64,000 bases of DNA from Dicyema japonicum. Lineage: Eukaryota > Animalia > Dicyemida. Shown here piece after piece: positions 23,451-35,379 of this stretch; the stretch's first letter is position 1; each line of letters starts with the position of its first letter. The stretch is taken from contig RDEW01000019.1 of the NCBI GenBank assembly GCA_011109175.1, positions 495,482 to 559,481 of the forward strand. The letters are read 5' to 3'. A program made the position numbers and the translations under genes. The notes under the pieces were generated by a model that saw nothing but the letters and a program-made list of their open reading frames with translations, made no database searches and was not told the origin of the DNA.

Positions 23451-25315
23451 CGAGCGAGCCGTTATCGAAAGTATTAATTGGAATTAACTGCTTAAAACTA
23501 ATCTCATCCGATTTGCTCTCAAAATCAGATCCTCAAATTTCAGTAAAAGAGTACATATCTGGAAAATGGATCGAGGTAAAAGAGTACATTAATTAAGATT
23601 TACCGAACCGAAAAAATAATGAACAGTTTAAACCCGAGTTTTAGCGAGTTTGAAAAAGACTACTTTTTCGAGCGACAACAAAAACTAAGATTTGAAATTT
23701 ATGACGTCGACGATCACAGAAATAACAATTTTATTGAAAAGGGCGATTTCCTTGGTCAGTTAACAGCAACTTTAGCGCAAGTTGGTTTAAAATATAGCTT
23801 TAAGCTCGCCAGAGCTGGAAGGACATCTGAGAGACTTAAGAAATTCGACGGAAAGGATCTCAAAAGCGGGTCAATTGAAGTTTCAAGTTCAATGTTATTA
23901 AGATTAACGTGCGAGAAGTCCAGAATTTCAAAGATCAATTCGAACTGGGATTCTCTGCCTCGAATTTACCTAAGAAAGTGACTTTATAGTTTATTTTAGG
24001 GCAAATTTTTCAAGGAAGATCCTTCAACCTGTCTGACCATTGAATCGATTGATCATAGTAAACAGTGGAAAGTGGTTTACAAATCAAACGTGAGAATTTT
24101 AAGCTTAACCTACAGACAGTCAAAGAATCAAGAAATCCGATTTACAATACATTTGCTATCAGAATGTTCAAACTGACCACAAACGAAGGGCAGCTTGAAG
24201 ACAAAATCAACGTTGCAAAATTTTTGTAATTTAGATCTCCATATGTAAGGCTAAAAAACTCTCTTCAGTTTATGGCTTGGTCACAATTTCCATATCTGAG
24301 CTGATCAATGCGGCAAATTCAAATTCTCAGGTAAAATTAAATTTTAATGCTACAAAAGAGATCTTGGGAAATTTCACACGAATCTGGAAGCTTTAATATA
24401 AACCTTGTATTGTGCAAAATGAGTCAGTGCTATACTTTTGTTGACTACATTCAAAGTGGATTGGATCTCAACATCGCAGTTTCGCATTTTTAAATATTTA
24501 TTTTTAATTAATTTAAAATTAATTTTTATAAAATAATTAATTTTTAAGGTTGCTATTGATTTCACGGCATCGAATGGTGATCCAAAAAAATCAAACTCTC
24601 TTCATTATTTAAACAGTTATGGAAGTTACTTACAAAATGATTATACCCAAGCAATCGAGGCTGTCGGCCGAGTTATAGAAGATTATGACACGTGATTGTG
24701 AAATAATTTATTTTAGCGACAAAAAGTTTTTAGTTTTAGGATTTGGAGCGAAACTGAGGAATAATAATTTTTCTTTTGTCAGTCATGATTTTCCAGTAAA
24801 TATGAATCCTGAATTTCCTGAATGCTTCGGAATTGACGGAATACTCCTGGCTTACAGGAACTGCATTCTAAACGTTCAATTATTTGGCCCAACCAATTTT
24901 GAACCTGTAATACGGCGAATCATTAGTATGGCTTCAAATTTTTCAATTTCTGCAATGCGATATTTTGTGCTGCTAATTTTGACTGACGGAGTTATCACGG
25001 ATTTTCAAAGAACCATTGATGCCTTGATCGAGGCTTCTGAGTTGCCAATCTCAATCATTATAATTGGCGTTGGAAATGCTGACTTTACTGATATGAACAT
25101 GCTGGACAGCGATGATAAACTTTTGAGATCTGGTCGAAGACAATCTAAAAGGGATATTGTTCAATTTGTTCCCTTTAACTACTATCGATCGGTTTTAATG
25201 GTTTAATTATTTTTTCAAGTCTTTGGATATGCTAGCTAAACAAGTTCTAGCAGAATTACCAGAACAAGTTGTTAATTTTTATAAATCTCATGGGTTGCCA
25301 CCTCGCAGTATTTAA
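23444..25315 (+). CDS. CPNE: Copine (C2A, C2B, vWA domains), 11 exons
   Basis: Removing introns 23576-23597, 23781-23804, 23880-23902, 23978-23999, 24090-24115, 24212-24234, 24331-24358, 24479-24548, 24692-24716 and 25192-25219 (alternative donor 25201) gives one open frame. Motifs: LSKSDP, RTEKIMNSLNP, DYFFERQQKLRFEIYDVD, VAIDFTASNGDP, GPTNFEPVI, YFVLLILTDG, RDIVQFVPF, VLAELPEQ. Stop TAA. Confidence 0.95.
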
Positions 25316-25679
25316 ATTTATTAACCTTTAATTTGATTTTTTTAAACTAATTAAAAAATATTTTGAATTTACCTGATTGCTATGAATTAATCAATCAATT
25401 TATTTATATATATATATTCAAGGTTTACAATATTTGGTAAGCCCGTCACTAACAGTCACAACTAACTAGTCCAAGAAAGGAACTCCAGGGAGAACGTTTG
25501 CCTATGCCGCCCAATACAGGTTTCCGAAGAGATGGAAAAATAGGTACACCTTCCATTCACATCCACTATGTTGAAGGAAATGTATTTAGTTTTTTTAAAT
25601 AATTAATCTCTATTTATTATGACTTTTATCGATATTATATTCTTGATAAATTATTCTTTCTAATGTATTGCTTCAAACA

Positions 25680-28085
25680 TCTAACTAAACATTTACATTT
25701 TACCGCCGGGATCCTGTCCTAATAACTATGTTCCGAAGCTCGACAAACTACAAGAAATTAAATGTGTTACTATGTGGGGATTTCAACGCCAAACATCCGC
25801 AATGGCTCAGTACCCAGTCGGCAGACAAGAGGGGGAGTCTAATTATCGACTCTCTCGAAAAATGGTGATTCTGAATCACCCGAACATCTTCACAAGGATA
25901 CCAGTTTGAAGAAATAACAACCCAACCTCCCCCGACATATCCTTGCTTCCTCTAGGATTGCCCGAAGATTTCATGGAACATCTCCTACGATTTTCATAGT
26001 GATCATAATCCGATTATATTAAAACTGAGCGGATTCCATAATTCACGTAGAATTAAGGCAACCTTCAAGATCTACAAGAAAGCTGACTAATCGAATTTCA
26101 AGCTCTTCATTGACCAGAACCTAATACATTTTGATTCCACCTCATTTTCCTCTATCGAAAAAACAATGGACCATCTAAACAATGTAATCCTTCGAGCTGA
26201 AAAGTTATTTGTCCCACGTGCAGTTTACAAATCCTACAATCCTACTCTGGACTAGGAGACTCGTCTCCTCATCAAACAAAGAAACTCCCTGAAGATGAAT
26301 CATCAACAAATCTTTTCTGATTTGAAAATATAAAATGCTTAAATTAGAAAATTACAAAACTCATCAAAGAAAAGAAAGATAGGGCGTAGAACCGCCTATT
26401 ATCATCTATTGGACATATGAAATCCACGAGTCTTTTATGGAAAACTATTCATCGAATCAAGCTAAACTCATCAGATGTATCAGAATCTTTTTCTGCTCCA
26501 AATACTGTGCAAGCTAACAACCTAATGAAATACTACGCATCTATAAGTCATAAGAACTTCTCGAAATTTCATTCTTGTCACCTTCGGAATTTAATGCCTA
26601 AACTAACTTCATGGATCAATTTATTTACATATGTCGAAGTCACACAGGCTATAAGATCGATGAAGATATCTTGTACGTGTGGTCCTGACGGCATTCCAGG
26701 AATTTTGCTAAAACACCTTGGTAGTGTTGCAATCAATTCGATTACGTCAATTTTTAATTTGTCTTCTAACAAGAACGTCATACCATGCAAAAAAACTCAC
26801 TTATAATACCCCTCCTAAAAGGAAAACCGAAAAACCTTACCTTCTACCGTCCAATTTCATTAACGTGCGCATTATCGCGCATAATAAAGAAACTCGTACT
26901 TTGGAAAATTAAACCCCATTTGCTTGACTGTCACTTTCAACATGGTTTCAAATGTGAGCGTTCAACTACGACACATTTAACTTCACTGTCTCAATTTATA
27001 TCAGAAGGGTTCAACGACCGAAACGCTATCTACGGACAATATTGTCTCCCTGGACATCCAGAAGGTGTTCAATATTGTGTCCGAGAACATTACTTACGAA
27101 AAAGGTTTTTGACACCAATTTGAAAAGATGGATAGCCAATTTTCTTCCGGAAGAAAAGGACGTGTATGTACAGGCCACGCAAGATCGAGGTCCCGTCTCT
27201 ACCAAATGGCGTCCTTCAAGGATCGCCCTTCTCTCCGGCGTTATTCAATTTATTCCTAACGATTTACCCTGCCTTGGAGGACCAGATTCAATGCTTCTCA
27301 CATATGCTGACGACTAATTATCGCTAGCAGGAACAAATACGTGGATATGCAAAATCAGAGCTTCAGTCACATATTGACGACCTGGGAGCCTGGTTGAAAT
27401 TGAATCGTCTCTCCATATCCAGGGATAAATCAACGTATACTATCTTCACCAGAGACAGAAAAGAAAAATATACACTGGATTTGAACATATATGAGACTTT
27501 TTCATCCAACTATTCTGGGAGTGACTTTCGACCCTATGATGACATTTTCTCAACATGTGAAGAACGTTATGACAAAGGGTTTCAGGAAACTGAATATAAT
27601 GAAACCGCTCTTAAAGTCCAGGCCGTCACGGGAATGCTTGCACAATCAATTTCTAAAACCGACGGTAGAGTATGCTTGTGCCTCATGGGCCTATGGAGCT
27701 TCAATATCCAATTTATACGAAATCAACTCCTTAACAGGCATACTTGCAGGTCTAACAATACCCCCGATCTTTTTTCCCCAATGCTTGACTACGTTGCAAT
27801 CAAAAATAACGGCTCCGGCTTTATCAGTCTGTGTGGGTCAAGAAACAAGTCGTTTCTTTCATTCAAGCCTATAAGCCTCAAATACACGTAATTTGGGGAA
27901 AAAACCCACCCCTCTTCAAACTTTAATGAAAGATGATCGTCGCTATACAGGAAAGCCGTGAGTACTCTGGAGGAACATAGGAAAAATCTATCGATCCTGT
28001 TGAGGCGTACCGGGATCACATAATTAGTTGGTTTACTCCTTCTTTCTTGGTGTTCCCTTTTCAGGGTTATTAAATAAATAATAAA
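25680..28085 (+). mobile_element. Ingi/Vingi-like LINE, most of APE plus RT to 3' tail, degenerate
   Basis: LLCGDFNAKH, SDHNPII, GPDGIP, YRPISLTC, QHGFKCERSTTTHL, LTYADD, ILGVTFDP, EYACASW; ends RTGIT* plus A-rich tail. Confidence 0.9.
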
Positions 28086-28999
28086 ATAATAAACATCTAA
28101 AGATTAAAATTCCGTCTTAATTAAAACTCCGAATTATTTTTTACTGAAATCAATCTTTCCAGATCGTGAGCGGAAGTGGTAATCCGATAAGTCGTCGGAG
28201 ACCATCTTTCCATATTATTTATTATTTTTGTTGAATAAGTATTACTAAACCTTCACAATCTTCGTTTTCATTTAAAAAGTACCATTGTTTTTAATCCAGG
28301 TCCTTAATTTTTAGGATTATATCGTTCTTCACTAATCAGTATTTTAATCGTATTTACATAACTTCAATGTTATCCTACATATAAAATTGTTTGTTTCACA
28401 TTGCTCTTTAATATAATTAATAATTCAGGTTTTCCATTACACATCTCAGCTTAGACAGAACTAACACTTTGAAGAAGTAAAAAACCTTTATGCTAGTTGA
28501 TCCAAAACCAAAACATTGAAGATGTACTTAACTTATTTTTTTACTTGAGTTTGATTTCTCTGAGACAATCAGGTTCCGCAGTGATTACTAATTAATGACG
28601 GCATCACTCGTCAATCACTGATTTGTATATACCATAATAATATAGAGACTATTAGGAGTCCCTCAAGGTTCATCGCTTAACGTCGTGCTATTCAACATCC
28701 ACATGGTTCACATAAAGATACCGAAGATGTGATGACTGGTACTAAACCTCTAAGAAAAACCAAATAAAATCGCAGTTAGAAAATTCAAGAAGAGCTGTTA
28801 AAATCTTGCGCAAAAAAGTGGGATGAATAAGGATTCAGTATCGAAGAAAAAGGCCTGATAGAGTCAATGAAGATGGTGATACAGGACAAAATGAGTAGTT
28901 CTAAAGAAGAGTAGAGCTAAAGACTCGTACAAGACTTCAAAATATGTAAAAACGGAGATAGGCACTGATAAAGAGTTTAACTCATATAGTAAGACTTGT

Positions 29000-29472
29000 G
29001 GCAACTGATTATCTCCTTTAACTAATCCGTTTGTTAACTTTTTTGTTATAGGCATTAAAAATATTACATCATCCAGGTAGTTTAAGGCAGTACACAAAAC
29101 TTAAAAGTTATTTAGACATGATTTATTTTAAATCTTCAGTTTTTACATTTTTGAACTTCTCGGAGATTTAAAATTTTAGATTATAAAAGCATTAATTTTT
29201 CACTTTGAAGATTGCAGCGCCGAAGAACGGACTCTCGTTCTTTATTTTTACTTTTTTTAAAGCGATCGCCGTTTTGGGCAACATACGATTTGTTTATGTT
29301 TTTTTAAAGAAGTTTTGTTGCAATTAATATATTTTGCAAAACTTAGCCAGATAATTGGGGGTATTCGCTGAAAAATGTAGAACATTTTTTCCGATGAGTT
29401 CAATTCTCCAAATAAAGTTTGAAAGTTCGTGTCGCTTTTTTGAAACGATACCAACAATCCATTGTACGCCAT
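29000..29472 (-). mobile_element. Possible pogo/Tigger transposase relic
   Basis: YINCNKTSL resembles the IFNxDETxL motif, and downstream scraps resemble the DDE_1 copy at 57700-58500. Heavily decayed. Confidence 0.35.
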
Positions 29473-30639
29473 AAAATAATTATTAATTTACGTTGGCTGC
29501 AATTTTTTTGCAATTTCCCTAAAGAGAAATTTTGAAACATAAATTGTCTTTATATTAGTAGTTAATTATTGAGTCCAGCAGATATGATCGAGTGGCTGTT
29601 ACCTCTGACTACTGCCAGGGATATCCTTTGGAAAAGCCACTCGGTTTCCCGACGCTCCCTCGAGGCTTTGGTCAATAGACACCCAAGTGCTCAATGGATT
29701 CACTTTATATTAGTCAGAAATTAAAAAAATCTTTTTAAATGTCCTAAAAATTGTAAACAAAACATGACCTTTTGTCAGAGTTTTATAGTGGTCAGGAGTA
29801 CTGTAGTATTTTTGTTATTATCATTATTATTAAAAACCTTATAATCCGAGAAAGAAGTTTACAGAGTACAACTAATAAAGTGCATCCAGTTTTTACTAAA
29901 AGAAACTGAGTCTTCGACGTCACACAAGTCCACCCAGAACCAGCATAAAAGGTAGAAGACCCTGCAGTTGTGGAACCCCTTCAGTGGAATAGGGGAGAGC
30001 AAATAATCTTTTTTCGTGCCACCGTTGCACTGGGCGCCATTTGAGACAGGTAGATCGCGTCACTCTAGTAGAAATAAAGAGATGAAAAGCAGACGAAACA
30101 AACAGAAATCTTTAGTCAGGTTGCAATATGGCACCATGATAAACGCTGGCAACACGTGGACTTCATTAATCTCATTAATATAGTATCTTTGTTAGAAACT
30201 ATTTAATACAAATCAAGTATACATTAGTATAATCACACTTTTGGTGTTTTAAGGGTAGTTTGACTGCATCAACAAGAATCTTTTACTGTAGAAAAATTGA
30301 AAATACCAAACTTGGGACGCTTTTGTGTCAATGACTTTTCTTTTTCCAGCCTCACATTGACAGCAATTCACAAAAGGATTAGTCTCAGCGAACGGCGAAA
30401 TTTTTAGAAGAAAAAATACGAGACTCATGAAAGACAGTTCAGTTTCAAGCCTATTGCAACCGAAACTTTAGCAAATGAAAAGCAACGCAACGTCGATAAT
30501 GTCGGCGGGGTCCAGTTTGGATGGTTGGCTGTGTTAATTTAATTACATTTAGGTAATTAATTGTTAAAATCAAAATTTCTGGCATTAAAGATAGATGATT
30601 TTATTAACATAACAAACTCGTTACTAATTACAGGCTAAT

Positions 30640-31360
30640 TAAACAGGGAGAAGGCAATGAGTTCGTCCTAGTTGATGGGGTCTGGTATAACGAGACACCA
30701 TATGTCTCCTCTTCGAATTGTTGACTCCTTGCACCAAACAAGAATTATTTTTCAAAGATCTTGCACGTCTTTCATAACTAGGCGGTAATTTAGATTTTAA
30801 AAAGTCCATATGTCAGTTTAATAGCATATCTCCTCGATCTATAGAAAAGCTCTACAAGAATACTTCTCTCATCACTTTCAAACCATCCTTGGAAGCCATA
30901 ATTCAAGAATGATTCTATACAAGCTGTATAAACATAGATAAAAGTTTCCGGACTCAATTGATAACGTAGAAGCGATTTCAATATCGCTGTAGCTTTTTTC
31001 CTTTTTTTCTTGATGTAATTTATAAAGTTTTCTTCGAGTTCACATAAACACCAAGATATTGCAACTGTTCCATGCATTTGATTGCTCCAGTATTAATACA
31101 AAATTTTGACTTATTTTTGTTATTCACAATCTATGAAGCAGTAAACTTTTCAAGAGATAGGGATAAACCTTTATCTCGGCACCAACATTTAATTTTTTTC
31201 GATATGAGTTGAGAAATCGATTTATTAACACTTTGATCAAGCAGAAGTATATTATCAGCATAAACAATCACTTTCGAATTTAAGTGTTCAACCTACGGAA
31301 TGTCACACATAACACAATTGAATAAGAGGAGGCTTAAGACAGACCCTTGTGGTCGGTTAG
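30640..31360 (-). mobile_element. Degenerate LINE RT 3' fragment
   Basis: QGSVLSLL, VYTACIESFLNYG; related to the pieces at 43000-43920 and 63720-64000. Confidence 0.6.
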
Positions 31361-31406
31361 TGCAAAAACTCAAAGCCACAAAATCCTGGCATTAAGTGAA
31401 TAAGCC

Positions 31407-31734
31407 AGCCGGGTGGCATAGTGGTTAGGTGTCGGGCTTAAGTGGCTTAGGCTACGGGTTCGAATCTCGCTGCTGTTCACCTAGTGGAAGGTTCTACGCA
31501 TCTACGATGCAGAAAGGGTTTGACGAGTGACGCCGTCATTAGTGGATACTCACTGCTGAACTGGATTGTCTAGAAAGGACACTCACACAAGAAAAAGAAA
31601 AAAAGGAATGAAGATCATTCCTTGGTTCTACGATTAGTTAAAATTAACTGTTCTTTACTTAAATAAAATGTGTGTCCTGCCTATGCGGAGCTATATAAAT
31701 ACTATGGCTTTCGTGAAAAGGCTTTATTATTATT
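31407..31734 (+). mobile_element. SINE family A, full length (~330 nt)
   Basis: tRNA-like head with A box TGGCATAGTGG and B box GGTTCGAATC, structured body, internal A tract, RTE-like tail and (TTA)n. Confidence 0.95.
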
Positions 31735-33124
31735 AAAAGAATAAAATCGATATATATGTGTTTGGTGCATGCAACATAAATCTTTCAACAATAGTGCGTG
31801 TCTATGTACTTTGTTAAGATAATAATCTTATTGATCTATTGCAAAACAGTAGCATATTGTTAGTTGTCTGACAATTAATCAGGTAGGGTCTCGGCGACAC
31901 AAAATTAAAAATATTAAGTTTTGAGAAATTATCATTTTTATTAAATTTTGCTATAATTCAAAAAATTCTAATTTTTATTGTATTAACTCAGAAATTAATT
32001 TTGGATCAATTTTTGAAACTAAAGAAAAAAATTTAATTTTCTAGTGTAAAGTATTTTTTCAAATAACAACAATTTTTGTATTAAAGACAATTATTTAACA
32101 AAGAAACAAATGTTAGTTGAGGAAACCGGCTGCGTGGATCGCGAACGAGTTCCTTTGGAGTATGGCCATTCCAATCTTTTGTCTCAGCCATAACCCTTCT
32201 CGTTAACAACAATTAAGAAAATCTCTTGGTTCTTTCCAGAAATCAACCGCACACATTCACTTTTATATGAACTTAAAAAAATCTTCTCTCGAGTATAGTC
32301 CTGTTAACTATCTCTTTTTTGTTGTTGGAGTGTTTTAGACGTCTTTATAGTTTTCATTTATTATGTTAACTAGAAAAATTAACAAATTTTTGCACATTCA
32401 ACTGATAACGAGAGAATTTTACGCTATTCCTAGTAGGGATATTGCTACATCGGCTATTTAAACAATGGAAACTTACATCATGCAAACCATCGAAGGAAAT
32501 CTCGAAGCAGACTGAGAATAATTTATCGAAGATATAGATGTAATTGTTGCCTCCATAAGAAAGCGCATAGCATAACAATGTGGAAAAAACTGGTCAGTTG
32601 GATCTGAAACGGGCTAAACGTAAGATAGAAAAATTATCATTTTATTTTTTAGAACAGACGTACCGGAGTTAAATTATTCAATAAGATAAACCACAACTAG
32701 CAATCGAGTTTTTTCTGTAATTTTGTTTTATTATTATCAGCACTTTCACGAAAGCCATTATATTTTGTTAGCACTTCACCGCCCCGCATGTGAAGCAAAA
32801 AATATAAGAGAATTAGTTAGCTTGCTCCAAGCTCTTCTGTTCTTAGCTAGGTCCCTCAGTGAGTCCATATTGTAATCTTTTTAATTTTGTTAACCACAGA
32901 TAAATTTTAAGTTCAAATGTTTTTTTTAAAAACTCACAATTAATTCTATTAAATTTCAAAATTTTTATAAATTAGCAAGCAGCTCTTGTGATTAAAAGCG
33001 GGAGGGAAAGCTTTGCGTAATTTAGTCTTTGCCTCCCACTTAATACCCGCTGGGTCCTACAAGTTGGTGAGATCGGAATTACTTAAATAACTAACTAAAG
33101 AGCAATCTTCTTACAATTTGCATG

Positions 33125-33330
33125 GAAAAATATTCGATTAGACAACCCTCTTCTCGGTAGCCCCTTTTTTATTTGCTATATACGATTCGAGGATACGTGG
33201 GAAGGAAAAAGATTTGAGTCTTAGAAATTCCAGTATTTCAAAAGCGACGGGCTTAAAAACGAACCGTATTCCTAAGGTCGCGTATTCTTTAATGGTTTCA
33301 GCTCTCGGTCTTCGCTGAGGCAAATCCTGG
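33125..33330 (-). mobile_element. CRE-like RLE fragment
   Basis: AETIKEYATLGIRFVFKPVAFE matches the other CRE C-termini. Another 3' scrap lies at 33985-34260(-). Confidence 0.6.
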
Positions 33331-35049
33331 ATGAATGGCTGTCATCATGAAGTTTGAAAAAGAAAAGCCATCTACACAGTGGCGTCCCAACCCAGACATT
33401 TATCCCTCTTTCAAAAGAAAAAAGTCATCTTTTTTAATTAACACAATAACATTTTTTGACAAACAAGTGGTTTTGTTTAAAAGATGCGTATTAACTGTTC
33501 ACACCAAAGAAAATGTTATCATCAGAATTATAGTCGTTCAAGTATTTAGTCAAACGTTGATTTGGATGCTTTTCAAACAAGTGGAAAAACGACTAAAAGT
33601 GCGATTCAATTAGATTAACAACTAAAAGTGCAATTTAATTGTAAATAAGTTTATAATTGAATTAACAATTACTGAAAGTGAAAGTGCGATTTAACTGTAA
33701 ATATGATTGTAAATTAGGTTCATTTGAAAATTTTTAAATTTTATCAGAACAACAAAAATGAATGAAATGCTATTATGTTAGACAAAATACGACTTAGAAG
33801 GCTCGAATCAAGTTTATATTTTTAAAATTTTTGGGGCGGTTTTTTTACAATAATCAATATAAAAAAAAACTACAACTAAAGATCAAACATAATTTATAAA
33901 TTTTTTTATGAAGTAATAAACAAAAAATTCTGAAATGATTAAAATGTAAATCAACAAAAATGAAAAACAAAATTAGAGCTAAAAGGCCTCAGTCCTAACT
34001 GCGTGGCTATTTCCCCTCATGATTGCCGAAGAATTCCATTCGAATAGCTAGTATCGTCCATGAAGTTCTCCTGAGCTGGCTATAATTAAAGTTTCAAGTT
34101 TATTGAAAAAATCTTAGGACAAGAGTCCTAGAGTTCTAAAATTTTTTATAGGAATAAATTTTACATCATAGTCAGCGTACTTGAGGCAATTTAATGTCTC
34201 GGGTTTCCCAGCGGTTGAACAGGCATTGGAAGCGTTTTAAATGATGTTGCTTGAAGCGAATGTGTCCCATTTGAAGTAAATAAAAATATCAGACAGTAGT
34301 TAACAGATCAGATAACAACCTCAAAATGATACTATATATATATTTTATTTGTACTGTCCTTTAAATATTGAACATAAAATTCATGATTATTAGCAAAATA
34401 CATAAAATCCTATTAACTGCCACTATATACGGCAACTTTAGACAGATTATCATCTATGTTATTTCAATTTTTATTCGAACAGATCTTTCGTATATCTCAT
34501 TTTTTTCGTTCTGATCTTCGTTTTTTGATTTCACTACTCAATCATATTATTCAATGCTACGAAAAAGGAAATCATCCATTAATAAAGCAATATGCAATTT
34601 ATTTATTAACCTCAGGTATACAATCAGCGGTAGAAACTGTCATAACTAATTAATTCAACGAAGGAACCTAAAAAAGGTCTGCTTGTAACGACCAAAATGC
34701 TTCCGCATCAGAAGACAGATGAGGAAGTAGGTTCGTCTCTTTCTATCTTCATAATAAGTCCTACCGTCGCGGACATCACTTCATTCTTCACGCGGAAGAG
34801 TTTTCATAATGATATCTTCACCAGTGGATTTGGTTGAAAAAAGGTAGGAAGATCCCTTTAAACTGCTATGTCGTGCCTGAAGGGCATGTCGCCTCACGGT
34901 TGGGATCTGTTTGACGAGAATTGATCTTCGCTGAAAAGTCTATTTTTCTGATTCGAATTCACGAATGTCAGATCAGATGTTATCAGACTACGTTCTCCTA
35001 AAAATCAATATGTGTTATAGAGGTACGAGAGGTACATCACTAGAATTTA

Positions 35050-35320
35050 TTATTATTCACAATCGCAATAAGAAACCTATATCCTTCCGTTCGCTTGTAC
35101 CACTTTCTCAGATGATTCTATCTATTAGATTCTTCCACACTCTTCTCGAGATTTCGATCTTTCTGAAGCTGTCTAGATCACCTGCGTCTTCTAGTGCCAT
35201 TTTAGTTTGATTTATATCGATGTTTATTATTGATGGCGAAGTTGTTCGTGGCTTCCGTATAAAAGAGCTTGAACAGAGGAAGTATGATTTCGTAATTCGT
35301 AAGCAGGACGGCATGATTCA
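35050..35320 (-). mobile_element. RTE 3' fragment
   Basis: KPRTTSP..LEDAGDLDSFRK..RRVWKNL; similar piece at 54690-54890(-). Confidence 0.7.
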
Positions 35321-35379
35321 TCCGTAATAATCCCAATCGGATCTTAATAATAATTTTATCCAAGTGCTTCGATTTGTCT

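Noticed and set aside
32995-33070. Twister-like words (GAGGG, TAA, CCTACAAG)
   Set aside because: P2 and the pseudoknot pairings do not fit. A simple GGGAGG-G-AAAG/CTTT-G-CCTCCC hairpin explains the sequence.
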